Source: Rhodobacterales bacterium
Lineage (GTDB): Bacteria; Pseudomonadota; Alphaproteobacteria; Rhodobacterales; Rhodobacteraceae
Direction of reading: 5' to 3'
DNA: 41,822 nt
Assembly (NCBI GenBank): GCA_025357355.1
Contig: JANXPK010000165.1
Coordinates: 1-41,822 of the forward strand
This document shows positions 28,341 to 37,248 of the stretch, piece by piece. The notes below the pieces were generated by a model. It saw nothing but the letters and a program-made list of their open reading frames with translations. It made no database searches and was not told the origin of the DNA. Both the position numbers and the translations under genes were made by a program. Each line of letters starts with the position of its first letter. Position 1 is the first letter of the stretch.

Positions 28341-28360
28341 ATCCTAGCCGCTTTCCTTCA

Positions 28361-30268
28361 TCATCGGGGTGCGGGGCCCGGATCGTAGTCGTCGTCCATG
28401 CTGCGCTGGCCGCTGTCCTGACCCACAGAAAGAGCGCGGCCCTCGGTTGATTTTGGCGCGTTCTGCCATTCCCGGGCGAAGAGGTCGGTCAGCTTCAGCC
28501 CGTCATAGCCGTTGAAACGCCCGGTCTCGCGCGCGGCGAACTGCTTGCCGGTCTTGGGACTTCGCCACCTGCGCGAGTGGTCCTTGATGTTCATCGTGAT
28601 GGTGCGATCCTTGAACGGCGTCTCGCCCCGGCGCATCTGCCAGAACATGAAACACAGCATCAGTTCGCGCGACGTGATGCTGTCGGCCGGGTCGCCGGTG
28701 ACGGTGCAGGCATCGTCGAGAAACTTCCCGTAGGGGTCGTTATCCTTGCGCAGGGTGTCGGTCGCCTGGCTGACCTGCGCCGGTGGGGCCAGCCCGCCCT
28801 CGAGGTAGGCCAGTGCGCCCTCCACCAGCCAGTTCAGGATGCCCGGAACCTCTGCCAGCATGCGGTCGACGATCAGGGGGTCGCGTTCGTCCTTGGGGAT
28901 CTGCACGTCGAACGGCACGATCATCAGCCTGCGCCAGATGCCATCGTCCATCCCTCGGATATCCGGCGCGTGGTTGCCGCCGATCGTCAGCTTGAAGATC
29001 GGGGTCGCCTCGAAGAAGTTCTCGTTCAGCGCGCGCACCAGGATCGGCTCGCCGCCGGTCAGCTGCTTGATCAGCCCCTCTTGCCACTGTACACCCTTTT
29101 CCGGCTCGCTGGCGCGCACCATGCGGGCGGCGACGATGCCGATCAGGTCGGGCGTGGCATCGCCACCGGAGCGGCGGTTCTGCCCGGTCAGCGATTCAAT
29201 CTTGGCGGTGGCGGCGTAGCTGCCCATCAGCCGCGCCATCAGGTCGGTCAGCGCGGATTTGCCGTTGGCCCCCATGCCGTAAAAGAACGCGAGCGCCTGT
29301 TCGTGGGTCAGACCCAGCATCGAATAGCCGAACCAGCGCTGCAGGAACGCCTGCATCGCGCCATCTGGCATGATCCGGGTCAGGAATCGCTGAAAGGTCG
29401 GCGCCGTGGCGGCGGGGTCGTAGCCCGCCTGCATGATCTTGGTCATCCGCAGATCGCGGTCGTGGGGCAGCAAGGCCACCGCCACCTCTGGATAGGTGCC
29501 CGGGCGCGGTTTGGTGGTAAATCGCAGCACCCCGGTCTGCGTGTTGACGTCCAGTGGCCTTGTGTCCAGATCTTCGACCCGCTGCGCCAGCGGCACCTCC
29601 GCCTCGGTCAACGCGGCCCTGATCTTGGCGGTGTTGCCGGTCGATCGGGCAAAGGTGCGGTGGGCGATGCGGATTTTTGACAGGGTCGCTTTCAGCGTGC
29701 CCACACTGCGCAGTTCGGCATCAATGCGGTTGATCTGCTTTTGGGTGTCATCTGACAGCTTGCCGTCATCGCCGGTCTGCCCTTCGAGCGTGCGGCGTTC
29801 GGCCAGCCACGCGTCTTCCTGCGCCAGCGCCTGCATCTTGACATCCGACAGGATCAGGTAAGGCACCTCTGCCAGCACCAGTGCCGACAGGCGCTGCGCC
29901 TTGCGGCGGGTGGCGATCATGTCGGGATCGACGGCCCAGACCCGGCCATCCCAGACGTGCCAGCCGACGCGCGGCACGCACATCACATCAGCACCGAAGT
30001 GCAGCACGAACCGCTGGCCGTTGCCCAGATCGTTGATCGGAAAGGTCGAGGCTTCGCGCAGCTTGTCGGGATCGATCGCGGACTGAACCTCTTCAGCATC
30101 CGGCGTGTAATCCGGCTCCATCCCGTCGAAAGGGTCGGCGTCGGGATGGGCAGCCTCGCCTGTGTCGGGGTGCGGGGCTTCCATGCCCTCTGGCAGGTCG
30201 ATGTCTTCCGGGCTGGTGAGGACAGCGCGCACGCCGTCGAGACCACCGGGCGGGGTATCGTTCGTCAA
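28361..30268 (-). CDS. P4 alpha/D5-family primase-associated SF3 helicase
   Basis: NDLGNGQRF, WDGRVW, YGMGANGKS (Walker A), IKQLTGG and DDGIWRR motifs; TTG start overlapping the primase stop. Confidence 0.92.
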   Translation of the reverse strand: MTNDTPPGGLDGVRAVLTSPEDIDLPEGMEAPHPDTGEAAHPDADPFDGMEPDYTPDAEEVQSAIDPDKLREASTFPINDLGNGQRFVLHFGADVMCVPRVGWHVWDGRVWAVDPDMIATRRKAQRLSALVLAEVPYLILSDVKMQALAQEDAWLAERRTLEGQTGDDGKLSDDTQKQINRIDAELRSVGTLKATLSKIRIAHRTFARSTGNTAKIRAALTEAEVPLAQRVEDLDTRPLDVNTQTGVLRFTTKPRPGTYPEVAVALLPHDRDLRMTKIMQAGYDPAATAPTFQRFLTRIMPDGAMQAFLQRWFGYSMLGLTHEQALAFFYGMGANGKSALTDLMARLMGSYAATAKIESLTGQNRRSGGDATPDLIGIVAARMVRASEPEKGVQWQEGLIKQLTGGEPILVRALNENFFEATPIFKLTIGGNHAPDIRGMDDGIWRRLMIVPFDVQIPKDERDPLIVDRMLAEVPGILNWLVEGALAYLEGGLAPPAQVSQATDTLRKDNDPYGKFLDDACTVTGDPADSITSRELMLCFMFWQMRRGETPFKDRTITMNIKDHSRRWRSPKTGKQFAARETGRFNGYDGLKLTDLFAREWQNAPKSTEGRALSVGQDSGQRSMDDDYDPGPAPR

Positions 30269-31386
30269 TCCTCTACCCCCTCTAACAACACGTCGTTCAG
30301 ATCGCGGCCCGGCGGGCACGGGGCGAGCTGCGCCACCAGACCCGGTCGCAGCAGCTTGGCCCGCCGCAGCCCGGCCAGCATCTTGGCGCGGGTCAGTTGC
30401 GGGTCGCTGTCGCCGTCCTGCACAAAGATCAGCCGGGTGACCCACGCCGGCGGCACGAAGGCCTCGACATCACCCAGATCGGGCAGGCCTGCGAATTTCA
30501 ACCCCTGCCCCGTCGCCCGCCTGCCCGCCATGTTGCCCATGTCGATCCCGGCCCAGAAATGCGCGTCTGGATAGACCTGTGGCAGATGGGCGGTGAACGT
30601 CGTCTCGATCCCCTCGCCCATGATCAGCGTGGTGCCTGTGCCCCGCACCAGCCGGATCGCGCAACCCTTGACCGAGCCCAGGCTTTTCTTGCGCGACATC
30701 GCCTCGCCCGTCAGCGGATGGGTGATCGCAACCTTGCCCTGCGGTGCCGACAGATCGAACCAGGTACGGTGAACCGCGTGAAACCGGTCGTCAGCGCCCT
30801 GCACGGCCGCCAGCATCGCCGGACCCCGGTGTGCCTCGACCCAGTCGCCGCGCCGCCCGCCCCGCACCATGTAGGGCAGGTTCGGGTGGAACCGCAGGCA
30901 GCGCGGCAGCACCGGCAGCAGCGCCCGGGTGATGCCGCGCAGGTGCAGGTAGTCCCGCACCGGGCTATCCTCGGCCGCACGACCCGCATCCCATTTCTCG
31001 CGCGCGTCAGCCAGGGCATCGGCGCGGTACTTCGCCTCTGCCGCCGCCTTGGCCTTTTCCTTCCTCTCGTACTCGACCTGCCGCCTTTGCAGCTCTTCCG
31101 GCGAGACATACTGCTGCGGCCCGCACAGCCAATCCAGCGCCGCCTTGAAATCAAGACCCAGCACGAATTCGACCAGCCGGATTTCGTCCCCTGCGCCGCC
31201 GCAGCCCCGGCAGTGAAACATCCCCTTTTGCACGTTGACCGAAAAGCGGTCGTCGCCAAAACATTTGGGGCATGGCCCAACCAACTCGCGACCGGCGCGT
31301 TTCAGATTGTCGATCTGGAGCAGGTCCATGATCCTGATCATGCCCTTGCCCTTGGCCTCGGCCACGCGTGGATCGTCCGCAACCAT
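30265..31386 (-). CDS. DNA primase (zinc-binding domain plus TOPRIM)
   Basis: GPCPKC...DRF...FHCRGC zinc finger; GEGIET, DGD and DLND motifs. Confidence 0.88.
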   Translation of the reverse strand: MVADDPRVAEAKGKGMIRIMDLLQIDNLKRAGRELVGPCPKCFGDDRFSVNVQKGMFHCRGCGGAGDEIRLVEFVLGLDFKAALDWLCGPQQYVSPEELQRRQVEYERKEKAKAAAEAKYRADALADAREKWDAGRAAEDSPVRDYLHLRGITRALLPVLPRCLRFHPNLPYMVRGGRRGDWVEAHRGPAMLAAVQGADDRFHAVHRTWFDLSAPQGKVAITHPLTGEAMSRKKSLGSVKGCAIRLVRGTGTTLIMGEGIETTFTAHLPQVYPDAHFWAGIDMGNMAGRRATGQGLKFAGLPDLGDVEAFVPPAWVTRLIFVQDGDSDPQLTRAKMLAGLRRAKLLRPGLVAQLAPCPPGRDLNDVLLEGVED

Positions 31387-31709
31387 CAGCCGTGCCCCGC
31401 GAGGTAGCAGAAAGCGTTCCAGTGGAACCGTTGTGCCGCCGTATCGGCCTCGATGTTGGCGAGCATCCAGGCCGCAGCGCCGTTCGGCTGGTTGCGCCGA
31501 CCAAATGCCTCGCAGATTGCCAGCGCGGCCGGTCGGAATGCCGCGTTGGCATGCCGCGCCGGGATGCTGTCCAACAGATGCCACATCCGCGCAATCACAT
31601 CGTCCAGCCGGTCGTCATAGATCCGCGACGTCGCGCAAAAGCACAGCGCATGGCGCAACAGCTTTTCGCCCTCGGTCAGATTGACGGGCATCTGGGCGGC
31701 GCTAGTCAT
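31386..31709 (-). CDS. Hypothetical protein
   Basis: Coupled at both ends in the leftward operon. Confidence 0.6.
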   Translation of the reverse strand: MTSAAQMPVNLTEGEKLLRHALCFCATSRIYDDRLDDVIARMWHLLDSIPARHANAAFRPAALAICEAFGRRNQPNGAAAWMLANIEADTAAQRFHWNAFCYLAGHG

Positions 31710-32031
31710 CCTGTGCTGCCTTTTGGGGGTGGTGCTGTGCCGCGCCGCCATTCGGGCGGAACAGGCCGCGGTTGAAACGGCCGCAGTAATAATCCTGCAG
31801 GCGGTTGCGCAGGGCGGTTTCGACCCTTGATCCGTCCAGACCGGCCAAGGAACATATCTTGTGAAAATCCCGGCTGCCCAGCCAATGCTCGGCCGCGATC
31901 GCGTTCCGCTTGGCATGTCGCGTCTCGGTGGACGGCTTGCGCTGTGGGTCTGGAAACAGATCCCGCGCGGCCTGCAGCACGACATTGATCCAGACATGGA
32001 GACAGGCCTGAGCAGCGGCTGGATCACCCAT
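31702..32031 (-). CDS. Hypothetical protein
   Basis: WINVVLQAARD...WLGSRDFHKICSLAGLD pattern; 8-nt overlaps with both neighbours. Confidence 0.7.
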   Translation of the reverse strand: MGDPAAAQACLHVWINVVLQAARDLFPDPQRKPSTETRHAKRNAIAAEHWLGSRDFHKICSLAGLDGSRVETALRNRLQDYYCGRFNRGLFRPNGGAAQHHPQKAAQDD

Positions 32032-32302
32032 GAAGATCCGCCCGTTCTGCACCCATCAGCGGGGCCCACAGGTGGCGCACCACGGCGCGCTGCAACACCT
32101 CGCCCAGCTGGGCCATTGCCTGAGGGTCATGCGCCTGCCGCCAGCCTGCATCGAAAGACGACAGGTCCGCCTTCAGCCCGTCCTCCTCTGGCAGATCGCA
32201 GGCAAGCACACGCAGACCAGTGACAAGCGCCGGCACCCGACGACCGCAGCGCGCCTGCAGCGCGACGGCATGGGCCTGGCTCAGCACCCGCAACCGGCTC
32301 AC
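32024..32302 (-). CDS. Hypothetical protein
   Basis: GTGA overlap with the nrdJ stop. Confidence 0.55.
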   Translation of the reverse strand: MSRLRVLSQAHAVALQARCGRRVPALVTGLRVLACDLPEEDGLKADLSSFDAGWRQAHDPQAMAQLGEVLQRAVVRHLWAPLMGAERADLHG

Positions 32303-34584
32303 CCGCATTTGGAATACCCGCAGTCGGTGCAGGTGGCACAACCAGAGGCGACGCGCAGTTTGAAACTGCCGCAGTTCGGGCAGGGTGGGCGGTCGGGCGG
32401 CATGCGGGCGACCCGCGTCTCCACCGCCGCAGGATCGGCCTCGACCGCCAGCCCCGCCCGGGCGATGACACCCGTCGCCACCAGATGCGCCTCGATCACG
32501 CCGCCGATCGCCGCCAGGATCGACGGCACATAGGCCCCCGCGACCCAGGCACCGCCGCGCGGATCGAACACCGCCTTCAACTCCTCTGCCACGAAACCGA
32601 CAGCGCCGCCGCGCCGGAACACCGCGCTGATCATCCGCGTCAGGGCCACGGTCCAGGCGAAATGTTCCATGTTCTTCGAATTGATGAACACCTCGAACGG
32701 CCGCGACCGCCCGTCCGCCACGATGTCGTTGATCGTGATGTAGATCGCGTGTTCGCTGCCCGGCCATTTCACCTTGTAGGTCTGCCCGGTCAGCGTGCCG
32801 GGCCGGGGCGCCGGGTCACACAGGGACTGCGCCGGTGGCGGCGCGGACGGTGTGGCCGGCACCGACAGCACCGATCCTGTTACGGCATTCGGGCGGTAGG
32901 TCGCCAGCCCCTTGCAGCCAAGTATGTAGCCCAACCGGTAGACCGCCTTGAAATCATCAAAGCTGATGTCCTCCGGCAAATTGACGGTCTTGCTGATCGA
33001 ACTGTCGACCCACTTTTGCGCCGCTGCCTGCATCTGGACATGGGCGGCTGGCGTCAGGGTCTGGGCATCGATGTAGCCGGGGGGCAGACCGGGCGGCGAT
33101 CCGACCGGCGCACAGGTATCTTGCCAGACCTGCACGGCATAATCGCGCACCGTCTCGGTCTTTTTCGACCCGTCCTTCTGCAAGACCTTGCGGTCATACT
33201 CAGCCGCGAAGATCGGCTCGATCCCGCCAGACACGTTGCCTGCAAACAGGCTGATCGTGCCGGTCGGTGCGATCGACAACAGATGCGAATTTCGGACGCC
33301 ATGCGCCCGGATTTTCGCCTGAAGCTTGGCTGGCAGGGTGGATGCAAAGGTGCCGGGCGCAAGAAACCCTTCCGCGTCGAAACACGGAAAGGCGCCCTTC
33401 TTGATGGCCAACCCGACCGAGGCACGATAGGCCTGCGTGGCGATGCTGCGCATGATGCTATCAACGAATGCAACCGCTTGATAGGTCCCATATTCGACGC
33501 CCATCATCAGCAGCGCATCGGCCAGGCCCGTCACGCCAAGCCCGATCCGACGCTTTGCCTCGGCCTCACGTTTTTGCTGCGGCAGCGGAAACTGCGAGAT
33601 GTCGACGACGTTGTCAAGCATTCGCACCGCCAGCGGCACCAACGCATTGAGCCGGTCAAAGTTCAGCCGTGCATTTTCGGTGTAGGGGTCGATCACCAGT
33701 CGCGCCAGGTTGATCGAGCCCAGCAGGCAGGCACCATAGGGCGGCAGAGGCTGCTCGCCGCAGGGGTTGGTCGCGGCGATTGTTTCGCAGTAGTTCAGAT
33801 TGTTGGCCGCGTTGATCCGGTCGATGAAGATCACGCCCGGTTCGGCGAAATCATAGGTAGACCGCAGGATCGCGTCCCACAACTCGCGGGCGGGCAGTGT
33901 TTTTTCGGCAATCGTCTCGCCCGCCTGGTTCTCGAAATGCAGCCGCCATGGCGCATCCGCATCTACCGCCACCATGAAGGCATCCGTCACCAGCACCGAA
34001 AGGTTGAACATCCGCAGCCGCGCCGGGTCTGACTTGGCGCGCACGAAATCCAGAATGTCGGGATGATCGCAGCGCATCGTCGCCATCATGGCACCGCGCC
34101 GGTTGCCCGCCGACAGGATGGTACGGCACATCGCATCCCACACATCCATGAACGACAGTGGCCCGCTGGCATCCGCCGCCACGCCCTTGACGAAGCCCCC
34201 GCGTGGCCGGATCGTCGAGAAATCGTAACCGATCCCGCCACCCTGCTGCATCGTCAGCGCCGCCTCGCGCAGCATCCCGAAAATGCCGTCAATACTGTCG
34301 GGCACCGTGCCCATGACGTAGCAGTTGAACAGCGTGACCGCGCGGCCGGACCCCGCCCCGGCAAGGATGCGCCCCGCCGGCAGAAATTCAAAACTGGCCA
34401 TCGCGTCGTAAAAGGCAATCGCCCAGATGTCGCGATCCTTCTCTGGTTCGGCCGCTGCCAGCGCCCTTGCCACGCGGGCAAACGTGGTAAAATGATCGGC
34501 ATCAATTGCCGTGCCATCCGCCGCCTTCAGCTGATATTTGCTCGCCCAGATCATCTGCGCGAAGGGGGTCAGGGTGTCTGTCAT
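32299..34584 (-). CDS. nrdJ: Class II (adenosylcobalamin-dependent) ribonucleotide reductase
   Basis: FLPAGRIL, LFNCYV, GGGIGYDFS, RRGAMM, TNPCGEQ, IAPTGTIS and SISKTVN motifs; C-terminal TSCPD-like domain and CPNC...CTDCGYSKC tail; no beta subunit gene. Confidence 0.95.
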   Translation of the reverse strand: MTDTLTPFAQMIWASKYQLKAADGTAIDADHFTTFARVARALAAAEPEKDRDIWAIAFYDAMASFEFLPAGRILAGAGSGRAVTLFNCYVMGTVPDSIDGIFGMLREAALTMQQGGGIGYDFSTIRPRGGFVKGVAADASGPLSFMDVWDAMCRTILSAGNRRGAMMATMRCDHPDILDFVRAKSDPARLRMFNLSVLVTDAFMVAVDADAPWRLHFENQAGETIAEKTLPARELWDAILRSTYDFAEPGVIFIDRINAANNLNYCETIAATNPCGEQPLPPYGACLLGSINLARLVIDPYTENARLNFDRLNALVPLAVRMLDNVVDISQFPLPQQKREAEAKRRIGLGVTGLADALLMMGVEYGTYQAVAFVDSIMRSIATQAYRASVGLAIKKGAFPCFDAEGFLAPGTFASTLPAKLQAKIRAHGVRNSHLLSIAPTGTISLFAGNVSGGIEPIFAAEYDRKVLQKDGSKKTETVRDYAVQVWQDTCAPVGSPPGLPPGYIDAQTLTPAAHVQMQAAAQKWVDSSISKTVNLPEDISFDDFKAVYRLGYILGCKGLATYRPNAVTGSVLSVPATPSAPPPAQSLCDPAPRPGTLTGQTYKVKWPGSEHAIYITINDIVADGRSRPFEVFINSKNMEHFAWTVALTRMISAVFRRGGAVGFVAEELKAVFDPRGGAWVAGAYVPSILAAIGGVIEAHLVATGVIARAGLAVEADPAAVETRVARMPPDRPPCPNCGSFKLRVASGCATCTDCGYSKCG

Positions 34585-35531
34585 GCCGCAACCTCTGCAT
34601 TCGCCAGAAACCACTTCAGACGCGCGAGTATCTCTGCGCGGCCAAAGGTGCCGCCCTTGCGCAGCAGGAGAAACCGCGTTTTGACGTCCGCCACGTCCTT
34701 GCCCAACTGGTCAGCGATGATCGGCAGATCGTCGCCGTCGATTGCCATCTGCATCAGCTCGACATCGGCCGCTATGTGCCAGTCGCCCTTGCGGGACATG
34801 TTCCACAGGTGCTGGCCCAGGGCGTCCTCGGTGTCCGTGGCCCCGGCAGGTTTGACAGCTGCGGGTGATGCTGCCGGAACCGGTGCGGCGGGCACACTGG
34901 TGTTCTTCGCCATTTCGCGGTCGATCCGCGACTTCAGCCGCCCGTAAATCACACCGTTGATGCTGCCCGGGTTGCGGTTCAACTCGGCCGCAAGCCCCTT
35001 GATGACAGCGTTGACAGATTGGCCGGCACGGCGGGCGGCGACGACGCAGGCCACGATCCGTCCGTCCTCTGCCTCGGTAAAATCACCGAGGCGCTGATGG
35101 GGTGAACCGGGCGCCACGGCCACTGGCTGCACACCACCGGAGGGAAAGCTGTCAGCCCACCCCCCGGCGGCGGCCGACGGCGCTTGCGGTTCGGTGACCT
35201 CGCCGTCTGTAGGGTCTTCAGCAGTCCGGCCGGGCGGGGTCAGCACTTCGACATGGGCGGCTGGCAGTTCGTCAACAGGTGCCCCGGTAGCTGGCACCTT
35301 CGCCACCGGGGCCTCCGCGCATACAACCGAGGGAGCCGATTGATTTGCGGCAACGGGTGTGTACGCCTCGCCCAGAACGACGCTCAGCGTGATCTGCACC
35401 CGCAGGCCCGGCGTCAAGTCGAACTCGGGGTCAAACAGACCCTCGACCAGAACCTTGCCCGCACGCGACAGCGTTTGCAGGACGCTCTGCAGATCTTCAA
35501 GCTGATCCAGGTTCATCTTCGCCAAATTCAT
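34581..35531 (-). CDS. Protein with two Myb/GcrA-like HTH segments and low-complexity linkers
   Basis: FTEAED...LAAELNRNPGSINGVI and WHIAAD...IADQLGKDVADVKTRF. Confidence 0.65.
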   Translation of the reverse strand: MNLAKMNLDQLEDLQSVLQTLSRAGKVLVEGLFDPEFDLTPGLRVQITLSVVLGEAYTPVAANQSAPSVVCAEAPVAKVPATGAPVDELPAAHVEVLTPPGRTAEDPTDGEVTEPQAPSAAAGGWADSFPSGGVQPVAVAPGSPHQRLGDFTEAEDGRIVACVVAARRAGQSVNAVIKGLAAELNRNPGSINGVIYGRLKSRIDREMAKNTSVPAAPVPAASPAAVKPAGATDTEDALGQHLWNMSRKGDWHIAADVELMQMAIDGDDLPIIADQLGKDVADVKTRFLLLRKGGTFGRAEILARLKWFLANAEVAA

Positions 35532-35848
35532 TTGCCACACCCCTTTTTGCGAAAGTCGATTGTGCCGCGCCGCACCTGTTCGGGCGGCGACGCGCGGTCC
35601 CACCAGCGTGCGGGCATCCCACCATCCTTGTTTTCCGCCCGCACAGCCGGGCACCCGCGCAGATCAAGGTTGCCGGGCCGGTTCGGTCGGCGATCCTCGA
35701 TATCCAGCGCCTGCCTGATCCGATGGACCACGCCCTGGATCGCACCGCGCGACGTGCCGTAGACCAGCGCGACAGCCAACAGCGTCTGACCGTGCCGTTC
35801 CACCCGGTCCAGCACGTCCAGAATCTTCAGATTGGTCCAGTCGGTCAC
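35528..35848 (-). CDS. GcrA-like N-terminal HTH protein
   Basis: MTDWT...GQTLLAVALVYGTSRGAIQGVVHRI resembles the recalled GcrA N-terminus (WT...G.S.SQIA..LGG.TRNAVIGKVHRL); GAGGAGG SD. Confidence 0.6.
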   Translation of the reverse strand: MTDWTNLKILDVLDRVERHGQTLLAVALVYGTSRGAIQGVVHRIRQALDIEDRRPNRPGNLDLRGCPAVRAENKDGGMPARWWDRASPPEQVRRGTIDFRKKGCGK

Positions 35849-36210
35849 GACGCCTCCTCTGGCAACTTGAACCGCGTCGTCAGCCGCCAGCCCTGGCCCC
35901 AGATGGTTTTGATCGGCAGCGGAATCTTCGCCCGCAGCTTGCAGATGATCACGTCGACGCCCTTGATCTCGACACTGTCAGGGTCGTCCCAGGCGGCGGA
36001 GAGGATTGCCGTTCTGGTCAACCCGAGGGGTGCCACCGCATTCAGCACGCCGAATACCCTGATTTCCGTGGCAGTCAGCCGCCAGTTGCGCGACAACCAG
36101 ACCACCATCTGCGGCACATGCCCTGTAATCTGGTCAAGCAGATACAAGGCATGCTCCAGCCGTTCTGGCTCCGGCTTCTGCATCACGGCGCGGGTCAGGG
36201 CGGAACTCAC
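35845..36210 (-). CDS. Receiver-less CtrA-like winged-helix DNA-binding protein
   Basis: LTATE...EIKGVDVIICKLRAK...IKTIWGQGW versus recalled CtrA LTGKE...ELKIIDVFICKLRKK...IETVWGRGY. Confidence 0.8.
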   Translation of the reverse strand: MSSALTRAVMQKPEPERLEHALYLLDQITGHVPQMVVWLSRNWRLTATEIRVFGVLNAVAPLGLTRTAILSAAWDDPDSVEIKGVDVIICKLRAKIPLPIKTIWGQGWRLTTRFKLPEEAS

Positions 36211-36560
36211 GCCGCACGCCGCCCCTGCACCGCGCCGGTGAACTCTTCGGGCCACCACGCCATCGCCCGCATCACGGCGTGACCGGTCGGGCAGGAAAAT
36301 CCGTCGATCCAGTTGCGCCCGGTCTGTTCCGTGCACTCGAACTGCTGTGCCACCGCCCGCGCCGTGCCGCATTTGCGCATCATCAACAGCGACCACAGCG
36401 CCAGAAACTCATCCCGGCCGATCGCCGCAACCCGGCGCGGTCGGAACGTGCCCACCCTGCCCCGCGGCACATCCCGCGTAAATCGCTTTGGCTGGGACAT
36501 TTGCCCGCGCGGGCGGTTGATGGGGGCGGTGTAGGCAAGACCGGGCAGCAGGCGTGACAT
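36207..36560 (-). CDS. HTH protein, CII-like position
   Basis: TARAVAQQFECTEQTGRNWIDG HTH pattern; AAGGA SD. Confidence 0.7.
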   Translation of the reverse strand: MSRLLPGLAYTAPINRPRGQMSQPKRFTRDVPRGRVGTFRPRRVAAIGRDEFLALWSLLMMRKCGTARAVAQQFECTEQTGRNWIDGFSCPTGHAVMRAMAWWPEEFTGAVQGRRAA

Positions 36561-36668
36561 CAGGCAGAATCCTTGTGAGAGAGGGCGTAGATCGCCGCAG
36601 CAGACGGCTTGCGCCAACCCGCTGCGGCAGCCACCATCGGGGTGCAAACCGAACCGATGGAGGATGGA

Positions 36669-36881
36669 ATGACGGACGACATGGAACGACTGGAAGCGCG
36701 GGTCGACGCGACCGAAGACCTGCTGCTTGGCATTCTCGAAATCCTGCGCGATCGCGATCCGCAGATGCGACCCGTGATTATTTCCAAGCTGGAAGAAATC
36801 GAGGAATCATTCAGGATGGGCCAGAAGCCGATGCAGGCAGAGGTGGCGAAATCGATCCTCGGCAGCTTCGCCAGCGACTGA
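36669..36881 (+). CDS. Small acidic helical protein, antisense to the leftward operon
   Basis: GGAGG SD at 36659; candidate promoter TTGCGC-17-CACCAT at 36609-36637; protein-like amphipathic sequence. Confidence 0.75.
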   Translation: MTDDMERLEARVDATEDLLLGILEILRDRDPQMRPVIISKLEEIEESFRMGQKPMQAEVAKSILGSFASD

Positions 36882-36885
36882 CCAA

Positions 36886-37248
36886 TCATCGCCGCCACCG
36901 CGCCAACGCGGCTTCGTCGCAATCGCGGCGAGATTTGTCAGCGTTACGAGCCACGTTCTCGGCTGCCAGTGCCTTGCCCCGCTCCTGGTCGTGCAAACCG
37001 GATGCGTAACCGTAGGCATCAATCATGCGCTGGCAGCCAAGCTTTTCCTCCGGCGTCTTGGCCGCGATCAGGAAATCCCACCACATCGCGATTTTGCTGG
37101 CGAATGCGCGCGGCAATACGGTTCCAACCAGCGCACATGCTTCAGCTCGGGCATCGGAAACTGAAACAGTTTGCCCCGCCAGAGCCGAAATGGCCACCGG
37201 TTGCCGTCTTACGTACCGGTCGTGGGTATTCGTGTCGGGCGTATCCAT
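36886..37248 (-). CDS. Hypothetical protein
   Basis: AAGGA SD; TGATG coupling. Confidence 0.65.
   Translation of the reverse strand: MDTPDTNTHDRYVRRQPVAISALAGQTVSVSDARAEACALVGTVLPRAFASKIAMWWDFLIAAKTPEEKLGCQRMIDAYGYASGLHDQERGKALAAENVARNADKSRRDCDEAALARWRR

Noticed and set aside
32485-34032. Long plus-strand ORFs opposite core genes (also 10885-11949, 14338-15387, 19539-20732, 23781-24785, 28577-29680, 30397-31407)
   Set aside because: Shadow frames of GC-rich genes that have clear motifs on the other strand; no recognisable domains.
34584-34700. Cobalamin riboswitch upstream of nrdJ
   Set aside because: nrdJ overlaps the upstream stop codon, leaving no leader, and no B12-box was recognised.
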